NCBI GenBank assembly: GCA_951406725.2
Contig: OX597814.1
Location: 13,392,001-13,456,000, forward strand
Origin: Octopus vulgaris
Lineage: Eukaryota
Reading direction: 5' to 3'
Length of the DNA: 64,000 nucleotides
The notes below the pieces were generated by a model. The model did not search any database and was not told the DNA's origin. It saw only the letters and a list, made by a program, of their open reading frames with translations. Positions within the stretch are counted from its first letter, which is position 1; each line of letters starts with the position of its first letter. Positions 28,031-38,157 of this stretch are shown here, in pieces. Made by a program: the position numbers and the translations under genes.

Positions 28031-29250
28031 CTAGAAGACATAACCGGCGTTGCTCGGGATTTAAATGGTATAGTATATATGGTAGTGTTAAGTTCAAACA
28101 TGTGATACATAGAAGTACAGCATTCACTGAGCACGGAATAGCTCTCAGTGGATATACTCTTTTTTGCAGCTGTCGGCGCTGCTGCTACGACGCGGAACAG
28201 CCAGCAGACATACGAACTATATCTATGTGTTAAATCAAGCCAGTACGTGCGCTCAATATCACCACGTGAAAGAAATCTACATAAAAGAAATGACGTGGTG
28301 GGCGGATTGGGGTTGGCAAGAAAGCGCTTAAAAACAATACTGTCATGAGACGTTTCGGTTTGGAATCAATAGTTGTGGCTCAACCGCGCACTCCTTCGCC
28401 TAAACAGCGTGCGACAGTAGTGGGGACAGCGAAAACAGTTTTGCATGCAGCGTCGGGATACGCATGGTCACATTAATGTCACGGTCTCAAACAAATTTGG
28501 TTGGGTCATGTGGCGTTGGGTTGCTGACATGGCTGGGAATCAATGTGGCTCACCAGGAATCTCAGGGTACCACTATTTCGATATTTATTCTGTACGTTCT
28601 GTTTGGGCAAGGAAGTGAAAAGTGAATAATGTTCGTTTGCCCAAATGGTTCACTGAGCGCTCTCTTGTGGACTGTAGTCATTATCAACCTTGTTTCAGTC
28701 ACCATACCTATTTTATTGATGACCTTCCGCGCTCCAGTTTACTCGTAAACAGTCAAGTGTTCACTGCTCTAGCTGAAAAGCAACATTAGACTACTTGAAA
28801 AGGAAAACAATCGTCATGAGATCATTTACTATGGCTTCATCAACAAACACTTCATATATCATTTTACTTTACTGGTGAGAAATCCAGGTTTGTCCCATCA
28901 GACACAGTAAGTTCAAACACGATGTAGATCAGGAAAATATTTAGAAGGAGTGATGTTTTTGCTATCACTTCTGCAAAAATGAGTCTGCACTTCAGGCTGA
29001 CTTATAGTTTCCATTGCGTCAATCACAGCCCAGAGAATTAACTGGAAGATCCCGTCAGAAATGCGATCATGATCGCATTTCTGACGGATTTGCTCATCAG
29101 CTTAATGCTTTACAACGTCATAAATCACTCCAACATATTAAATACGTATACACGCAAGCGTGCAAGCGCACATGGTTATGTATAGATACATATATATCTA
29201 TACACACACACGCACACCGATACACACACACACACTCACATAGTATATAT
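28031..29250 (-). mobile_element. Helitron 3' terminus and a larger body of uncertain extent
   Basis: Minus CCCGAGCAACGCCGG hairpin then CTAG at 28031, the same terminus as 23993 and 38157. The body is GC-richer; the 5' end was not located. Confidence 0.5.
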
Positions 29251-30136
29251 AGTGTACTGTTCCGTGAAAGCAAGATCGACTAAAAAAGTACTTAATCTGT
29301 TGAGAGAGAAATACTATGTAATAGACACTGTACATTTTTATGAGCAACTAATAGCGACATGCGATGAAAAGAACTCTGACAACATTTTATAACCCATCTT
29401 CTGCCTTCACACAATCGTCTATCTTTGTCCACATTGAGTAACAAGCGAAAACAGGGCGATAGAATAAGTGGAAATAAGAGAAATGACGAAAAGAAAATGG
29501 ATGTAAAACGTGGAAGTTTGAAAACTCCTGAAAGCAAAAAAAAAAAAAATTTTAATTATGAATTAAATGTATCTCTACTTTGACAGTAAAATCATAGGCC
29601 TAGGGTCTACGGTTCATTTCTTCAAGCCGGAGAATGTGATATTATCCAATTCTGAACCAAGAATAAAGGATATCCACAAATAAGAAATTTAGACGCATGG
29701 GTTTCATTAACCGCAGAAAGATAACATGCTCTGCTACTTTGAAAATCTACTTTTGCTATTTGGTAAGTTTTGATAAATTGTACTTATTAGTTATAGAAAA
29801 CTTTACTTGGTCTATATTGGAGTATATATAAGATTTTAAAAGAAATATTAAGTACACACTTGTATTACTAATAGTATGGTATTTCTGACATCATTGTAGG
29901 AGTTCTATTTTAAGATTTATATTAAATGCATGTAATTAGTATCTTAAGATCAACAGACGTTTCACTGAAGTAGATTAAGCTATTATATTGAGCAGTGTTC
30001 CACTACGAAAATAACTTATGAATAATTGCTGCGTTTGTTGCAGTCTTATTGTATAACTAAATTCATGTAAATATATAGCTATTTCCGTAAAGTAACACTA
30101 CTTAGATCATCATGATATTAAACGACCTATGCAGTC

Positions 30137-30199
<63 letters not shown>

Positions 30200-30483
30200 T
30201 GAGAATGATAATGTTTTAGCCAATTACTGGCTAATACAACTGCAATTCTTGCTGTAGTTGTTATTCAGACGGTGAGCAAGAAGATTACTCAGTGCGTTCG
30301 ACAAATTCTTCGTGCTACTTCACTTCTTTCACCGTTTTAAATTTTCATTTCAAGTCTCGCTTTAGGCAACATTGCCTCTCAACTTTTTGGGGTCGATAGA
30401 ATACAATACCAGTCCTACATTTGTTATAATGAAATTGACTTACTCTGTTTCCCTAAAATGTCTGCTTTTGTGTCATATTTGGA

Positions 30484-30533
<50 letters not shown>

Positions 30534-30536
<3 letters not shown>

Positions 30537-30701
30537 CATTATTCTTATCATCCAGGTCACTGCCTGGAATCGAACTCGGAAACTTGTGTTTAGTAGCCCG
30601 CACTCTTAACTACTACGGGCATATGGCGTAGTGGTTAAGAGCGCGGGTTACTAACCCCAAGATTCCGAGTTCGATTCCAGGCAGTGACCTGGATGATAAG
30701 A

Positions 30702-30743
<42 letters not shown>

Positions 30744-31180
30744 TTAATAATGATATCGAACTGCTCATATCCTACGCGAAATACTTTCTTTGTAATCTCA
30801 AGTTTTAAAACAAACATAATTTTCGTATTTTCTTTTCTTTTAGACATTCACTAGTACAACACTAAATACAAAACCAAATATATACAAAACTAGGCATAAC
30901 AACAATATGAACTTCCAACCTGTTGTCTCTTGAGGTCTCTGGGTGAGACTTGTAGCCAACTTGTACAAATATAAAGCAAAAGTCAACCATAGAATAATAA
31001 TAATAATAATAAAAGCAATAACAACAACATCGAAAAATACCTTAGGAATGATAACCCAGGTTAGAAATTCCCCCAAGACAACCTAATGAAGGCTGGAGGG
31101 TGTATCAGTCGAAACTTTGTATTAACAACAAACAAGATGGAGACAAGTATCAGTCAAATTTAAATAATGTAAATAACTTG
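30534..31180 (+). mobile_element. tRNA-headed SINE-like element with inverted duplicated head, (TAA)n linker and HHR-containing tail
   Basis: A-box TGGCGTAGTGG (30624), B-box GTTCGATTCC (30669), (TAA)n, then CTAATGA-A-GGCTG..CAGTC-GAAAC (31083-31115). The tail aligns to 42861-43015. Confidence 0.7.
30752..30992 (+). mobile_element. 5'-truncated R4/Dong 3' end inserted into the SINE's (TAA)n linker
   Basis: Reads RTAHILREILSL* (compare GTARILQNV at 1720-1755), then a 3' UTR; (TAA)n on both sides. Confidence 0.65.
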
Positions 31181-31936
31181 AGAATTGTGTTTTTGGGAAA
31201 TTATTTTTCATTTATATCATAGATTCTATGTTTTCTGCATTAATTGTATGGTAATCAAATACTCTTTCTTTATCGCTTTTAAGTCTATATTTATTAGATT
31301 CTTTAGGATTCATTATTTCGTTAAGCCTTCGAATGTTTTAGTCAGATGACTGTCTTTCGATTGAAACTCACGTCGTGCTACACGTTTCATCCGATTCTTT
31401 CTGTCTTATATTTAGGTAACTTTTCACCGAATGCCAGGTCGTGATTTTTTCAGTATTTGTGAGTTTATTACTTTTATCATTTTTTAAATATTTTTTCCTC
31501 AAAATAGGGTTTGTTTACTTGACTTCGTGCTTTCCATAGCATGTAAAAATTTCGCAGGGTATTTCTCTCATGATCTTGCCTCGCTGATGCATTTCAGTAA
31601 GTGTATATTATTTCTTTATACTCATCGTGGCTGTATTTCTTCCTCTCACATATTTCTTTTAGTAGTGGCAATGGTGGGAACATGGAGGCCTCGTGCTGGA
31701 GGCTGTTCCTGTCGTTCTTAATATCCAGGTATTCAGGGAAGTGTTTATTGTAGCGGATGACTTTCGAGATCAAATCTAGCTACACACTGAGGGATGCACG
31801 TCAACATTAACCATTTTTCCTTTTCGTTTCATAAAGCATTTTTGTAATGCGTTAATATTTTTATCATTGAGTCCTGCGTGGGTAATAAAAAACGATTAGT
31901 ATCAATCTCTACTACTACTACTACTACTACTACTAC

Positions 31937-32283
31937 TGAGTGAGAGACCAGCGCATATCGTCAGAGTGACCTTGGGGTAAAATATACGAAATCTCAGTAT
32001 ACATATCATGACTACTCGTCTAATAAGTGTACTCCAGGAACATACATGACAACCATATGTGCACGACATGGTGCTCTCATATCGATATAAACAGCGCATG
32101 ACCTTGCAGGTGGAGCCCACTTAGAATTTTCCTCAGGTCAAGAAGCCAATCCCGTTCAAAAGGTCCCTGAATAAGGATTGTTGAAGGATGTTGAACGAAA
32201 CACCTCTGTTTCCACGGGGGCGGGGATTCAAAACCCATAGATTTTCTCTCAACACGTGGCTATGATGCTCCATCACTACTTCT
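31937..32283. mobile_element. Non-coding interspersed repeat next to (CTA)n
   Basis: Start tgagtgagagaccagcgcat resembles 5303 (tgagtgagaaagtagtgcat); its end matches the start of 4905-5110. Confidence 0.55.
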
Positions 32284-32332
32284 AGTAAGGTACACTAGTA
32301 AGGTATCTGCACCGTATAACATATACCGCTTT

Positions 32333-32390
<58 letters not shown>

Positions 32391-35300
32391 GATGATGATG
32401 AGGTACAACTTTCTAATATATGCAAAGTGATCTTGGCAATTCTATAAAAAATATAAAACGTTTATTCAGATAATTTGTTAAATCTGAAACAATTATAGAA
32501 ATAATTGCTTTAAGTGCACTTAATGAAATTTCCATTTTGTATTGTGGATACTTATACCGGGAAAATAGGTAAGCACTAGCATACATTCTACGTGAGCTAA
32601 TAAACCTTGTCATCTGCTCCGAATATTAATGACTAGAATATTTATCTATACAGCTTTGTAAAAATATAGTTCTAGTAGATGGAAAGATAAAACAATAACT
32701 GCTGGAATGATGCTTATCACAAAATTGGTCGGTAGACTATTACAGGACTTCGTATGAGATTTTGCTTAGGGTTAGAAAGTAACATCGCATTTCTTTATCC
32801 AAATACTGTGGATAATGTCGCAAATATGAGATGAGAATTCTTAAGATTAAAAGAATAGTAGATAAGTTTATGTATATCAAGCACAAATTTATTATGAGAG
32901 AAAACTAGTAGTTTTAAACTGAAAACATACCTGGATGTGACATAAAATTCCTTCATGACCAAATCTACCTAAAATATTTCATAATAAGTAACTGACACTA
33001 TTGTAATGAGGGTGATCTTATGCCAATTTCTATGACAATGTAGAATATTTTCTGCTCACAATTACAATTCTCATACTTGCAGTAGGCAGTTTGATATCCT
33101 AGTTTAATCATTTAGATATCTAGGCATAATTTATGAAGATGCAATGTGCTAGGAACGTGAAACATACGGGTAGAGTGTAATAAATTAAAATTATTTCCAT
33201 TTCAAAACCTCTCACTGATACGTAAAGTACATAACATCTGCATACCCTGCAGCAACTTTTAAACTTTAGTCGATGTCGGTAAATGACTTTCATAGAAGAG
33301 TTCATTTTCAACAACTTCTTTGCTGAGAAGTAATGTTTATCGCACATATGTTTCTCTTTACTATTTCCTGTGATTTTAAATCTTTTGTGCGCACAATGCT
33401 TTTCCAATTGATTATCAGGTGCTCTGTCTTTTCTGTCAGCCGTGTGTTCACTCTACTACATACTATATTTTCTCAATTGATTTACAAGAGTTCATTGATC
33501 TAAAAGAAAAGGTATCTTGCGTAGGCTGGCAATTTGCTTGAGCTTGTGTGATATTTGCCATTACGTTATGCTACGAATTCAACCAGGGGCAAAACTAGTC
33601 TGAAATAAGTGGTATCAGCTGGGAACTAATGGACACTTCATGTTAGCTTTTCAACTCATAAATGAATAACAAAACATTTATTATTCAACGCTGACTCTGT
33701 GTCAGCTCTGTTTCGATTGTAGATTTTACTTGTGTATTGTTTATAATGTTAGGAAGTTGCTGAACAGGAAAAGGAGAAACATCATAATAGAAGCAGTAAT
33801 AAGAAAAGAGACTTTAGTATCAACTTTAATACTTGTATGTTCGTAAATTAAAGTGTTCTAGTGAATACTAATTTAACGTTATAGTTTAACAAAGTCTGGG
33901 AAAACACTACAGTCTGCACAATTTCTAAGATATAAACAAGTATTTGATCCTGAAAGTCATCAGCTCATCACACGTGCTTTTAATAAGCCATAGGTAATAA
34001 GATAGCCACAAAAAGTATAATAAAACATACGCTATATGTTTCTCCAGATATGTAAACGCCGATACCGCTATCACAAGAACGGAGTTAACCAATACTTACT
34101 CTGTATTTTCCCTTTCTAAATGTTGTGAAAGTAATAATGTCACGATAGACATTGCCACAATACTACCATTCCAAGTCTGAATATCCTGGGAAATAATGAT
34201 AGCCTACGGATTCTATTCAGTATTTGGGGTTCCGAATGTGAAATCGTGACAGATAGTCATACTCATCAATGTTGTTGCAGCGCATATGATACCATCTTCC
34301 ATTTTCAAAATCTGCTCTAACCAATGAACAGCGACATCGAATATACCGCACAATTGTTTTGGCTAAAACTTGTATTTATTCATCATTCAAAATAATTGCC
34401 ACACTTTATTACGAAATCATTGTTGCACTGTACATCAACAATCTAGAAACCATACAATCGCTTTCAGTACTAGGTTTCCCTATACTTGATCGACAGATAG
34501 ACGTACGCATAACTTCAAAGTGACCTGATTTTGGAGCATAATGATTAGGATTTCTCTTCAGAGCCACAATGTAATTTCTCCTATGACAACAACAAACGCT
34601 CTACAACTCTCAACTGAACACGTAAAAATGTTCTCAAAACAAACACATTCGAGACAACATGTAAACGGAGTGAGTTCAACTGACTTGGCTTTAATTCACT
34701 CAAGAAAATCGTTTACCTTCTCATTCCAAAATTTGTTTCTCTGATTTTTTTTGCAAGTGTGTAGCTTCAACTGTAATATATGTTGCTTTGCTTTGAATTG
34801 TAATTATTACCGTATTCTTAATTCTGCAACTGTAAACGTCCAACATTCAGAAACATCAATATATAGAACATCGATACATTCCCTTCTTTCAACCGTGATA
34901 AATAAGACCGAGCGGACGGATGACGTTTACTTCGTTACACTCTGCATACGTGTTGTAGTATTGATAGAGGATTGTGTATAAAATATATATTTTGGGAATT
35001 ATGTTCTTTAATTAAAATTGATAAGCATAAAATATAATATTGAAGAAATTCTGCTCAGATGTAATAAAATTTAATTTCTGATTTTGTTTCGGTTCTGCCA
35101 GAGAAAAAAAAAAATCCCAATCATTATCGTTACTGTATCCATTACGTTATCGAGTATCGAATTTATTTCCTTTCGAAGGTCATTGTACATCGATAATTTT
35201 GAGAATTAGTTGGTGATAAATCTTACTTTTTGAAACGCAGAAATGCCGTTTATAATGAACATGTTCTTCATTAAATTACACTCTATCCACATGTTTCACG

Positions 35301-35395
35301 TTTCTAGTACATTGCACCTTCATAAACTATTTGTTTAAACATCTAAATGGTTACACCAGGATATCAAGCTGCCTACTGCAAGTATGAGAATTAAA

Positions 35396-35443
<48 letters not shown>

Positions 35444-35657
35444 GGGGGGGGGGTATACACTCACTCACACACATGCACACACACATACACACATATATAT
35501 ATATAATTCTGAAGCTGTCATATATGATTGCATTTCCTATTCGCACATTTATTTTCAGTTCTCTCTCATTCTCTTTCTCTTTCTTTATCTCTTCCAACAT
35601 ATTGATTATGAGGGATATATAATATATAATGCATATATATATATATACATACATAAA

Positions 35658-36030
35658 AAAGTAAATAAATGGTACAACAAGGCACCGATACATACTGGAA
35701 AATAGCAAACGTAATAAATACGACGCTATTGTATAGCTTCACTGCAAAGACGCGTGTGTGCAACAAACATGAAAAAAATTTGTCTTACCTCTCGGAAGAA
35801 CATTTGAAAAATGGAAAACCTAGAATCGGATAAAGCAGGACCGGTTTCAGACTCTTCAAAGACGTTTGACAACGTAGATTTGATTTGTCTTCATCAGCTG
35901 CATATACCTAGACAATATTTGAAATGTTGCCACATCTATGCCAGTACCATTTATTTATTTTTCTATGTATAATTTTACGCTTACGGGCTATCTTTTACTG
36001 GAAAGCAATACTTTCGTATTGCATTATTTT
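35658..36030 (-). mobile_element. Short HHR-bearing interspersed repeat (second copy 44160-44414)
   Basis: About 190 bp aligns with 44160-44360 (gtaaataaatgg, tactggaaatagc, aatacgacgcta, gcgtgtgtgcaacaaa, gtcttacctc); bounded by (TA)n. Confidence 0.75.
35835..35901 (-). ncRNA. Type I hammerhead ribozyme with intact core
   Basis: Minus strand: GCAG-CUGAUGA-AGAC[34 nt]GUCU-GAAAC-CG-GUC-CUGC. All conserved core bases present, stems I and II pair, GUC cleavage triplet, palindromic ACCGGU stem III. Confidence 0.85.
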
Positions 36031-36102
36031 TTCATATATATATACATATTTACTTCTACACACACGCACACACATACACGCAAATATATCTATACATATG
36101 TT

Positions 36103-36136
<34 letters not shown>

Positions 36137-36440
36137 CATAGTTCAAATTTACAGAAAACAAAAGACGAAAACAGGTGAAAGAACAAGGAGGCATGTTAGT
36201 TTAATACTAGGGAAGAATGAGACAATCTTTGACGTTTTGAGACTGCAGAAATGATTAAGAGAGAAAAAACGGGTGAGAACAATGTGCACGGATGAACGGT
36301 TCGATATGATACACATACACACAAAATCACACACACACACACGAACTGACACGTATATATTTTTCGGTCAAACAACCACGTGGATTCTGTTGAGACAAGT
36401 AATAAACAAATATGAACATTTTTATTACACTTAACGTTCA

Positions 36441-36496
36441 AAAAACTTTTGATGAGGTTCGTTTTTTCAAGAAGAACCGAAACATGTAAAATTTCT
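36441..36496 (+). ncRNA. Degenerate type I hammerhead motif
   Basis: aaaaacuu-UUGAUGA-GGUUC[13 nt]GAACC-GAAAC-AU-GUA-aaauuucu. C3 is mutated, stem II is a perfect 5 bp, stem III is the palindrome ACAUGU. Confidence 0.65.
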
Positions 36497-36629
36497 AAGA
36501 AAATTTAAATTCATCTTATATAGTGGCGTTTTCAAACTACTTTTTTATAAATATATACCCACTCGTATACGATCTACACTTATTATAAATATATATATAT
36601 ATATATTAGTCATTCCTGCCGAAGGACGT

Positions 36630-37200
36630 AAACCTGAGGTCACCAAGAAAGCACGAACAGAGGAGCCTGGCAAGTGTTTTCTCTTCATCTTCAGGGTCTG
36701 ACAAGTTGGTTAATTTCGAAGCCTTATAAATAGATCTATGTTAGTTAGTGCTCAGGATGAGGTTGTTTTCAAACTGGAATATGTTTTGATTGTATGCTTG
36801 TGCGGTTGAGTGCTATTTCAGACACGTTGCTGTCCGAAGTCAGAGTTCTGTCTAACTAGATGTAGTTTAGTGTTACTGTTTTGGCATCCTCCTTTGGGAA
36901 TTGTTGTACTTGTGTACCTGATAACCTTATACTCAAGTGTAGTGTTTCTAATGCAATGCCTTTGTAGTTATTCGCTTACTGGCTGTGTTGTTTTTGATTG
37001 ATAATATAAAGTGGAAAGAATATAATCTAGGTTGGTTATGGAGCTTAGAATATGTTCTTCTGTCCTTCCTTTATGTTCTTGAACATTTCTTAAATTTCTT
37101 AAATGCTTTGATATATCATGCAAGCGTCTTAAGGCCTATTCAAGATGGGTATGAATTAATTTGTGCCTCAATGTGCATATTTGTTAAATTTCCTCTATGC
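36630..37200 (-). mobile_element. Possible Penelope-like RT fragment
   Basis: Minus-strand traces PRLYS.. and NQNIFQFEN; ends near CCCTGAAGATG. Confidence 0.3.
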
Positions 37201-37464
37201 ATAACGCAGGCTTAACTCTTGCAAGATTTGTATAAATAACGTTTTTAATTTATGCATTAATAACTGTATATGTATATATATATATATATGAAGAGAGAGA
37301 GAGAGATACACAGATAGATATACAAAAAATATATATATATACACAACAGACCGTATAGTCCGTGTGGCACAATTGTAAATGATAAGCATACGTCGCTTCT
37401 TGTATGTCATTGAGTCAGCATCTCTTGATGTATATGCATACACCCAGTCACGCATATATATGTA

Positions 37465-37769
37465 TTTGTTTGTTCCTTCTCGAGCCACGCCTGGCTCATT
37501 AGGGTTGGGTTCCCGCTTTCCTTGGCGTATACGTTCCCCTCCTGGACGGGAGGTCAGTCCGTCGCAGGTGAGCTGCAAGATGCAGAAGGAGAGAGCGAGA
37601 GAAAGTTGTGGCGAAAAGTCAGCAGAAGTTCGCCATTACCTTCTGCCGGAGCCGCGTGGAGCTTAGATGTTCCGTTCATAAACACACACATCGCCCGGTC
37701 TGAGATTCGAACCCACGATCCCTCGACCGCGAGTCCGCTGCTCTAAACACTAGGCCATGTGTCTCCACA
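37465..37769 (-). mobile_element. tRNA-derived SINE (family A variant)
   Basis: Minus head gtggagacacatggcctagtgtttagagcagcggactcgcggtcgagggatcgtgggttcgaatc with A and B boxes. Confidence 0.85.
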
Positions 37770-38157
37770 TCTTTATATATAAAAGTGAAGTTGTGTGTCT
37801 GTCTCCTACGATTTAGATTCCTAACTACTCCCACATTTTGCGGTGCAGTTTAACCAAAACCGGGTACCTTATATTCGTGATTCATATCGAGCCCTTCTGG
37901 GTATTAGCGCGCGTCTACGATGAGTCCACGATTTTAAAAACAAATTACCATCATTTTTTCCATTTTAATGCATTTCTTCGCTATTATATAAGGGAAGTAA
38001 CTCTCTAAAAATGTCTACGATGAGTCAACGATTTAAAAAAAAATTTACCATAATTTATTTTTGCATTTTTTTTGCTATTTTTTGGCTATAACTCTCTAAA
38101 AATACTTATATAGTTATTTCCCTTACAAACCCGAGCAACGCCGGGCGATACTGCTAG
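37770..38157 (+). mobile_element. Non-autonomous Helitron, complete
   Basis: A|TCTTTATATATAAA ... CCCGAGCAACGCCGGG CGATACTG CTAG|T: 5'-TC, 3' hairpin plus CTAG, A/T target, no target-site duplication. Confidence 0.9.

Noticed and set aside
30624-30690. Functional tRNA gene (also the heads at 37700-37769 and 62770-62834)
   Set aside because: A and B boxes are present but there is no proper acceptor stem or cloverleaf, and each continues into a repeat body, so these are SINE heads.
32600-34750. Possible decayed DNA transposase or host exons (also 7550-9400, 38400-39150, 47200-48200, 49200-49630)
   Set aside because: Complex sequence, but I could not recover motifs strong enough for a call; a translated search is needed.
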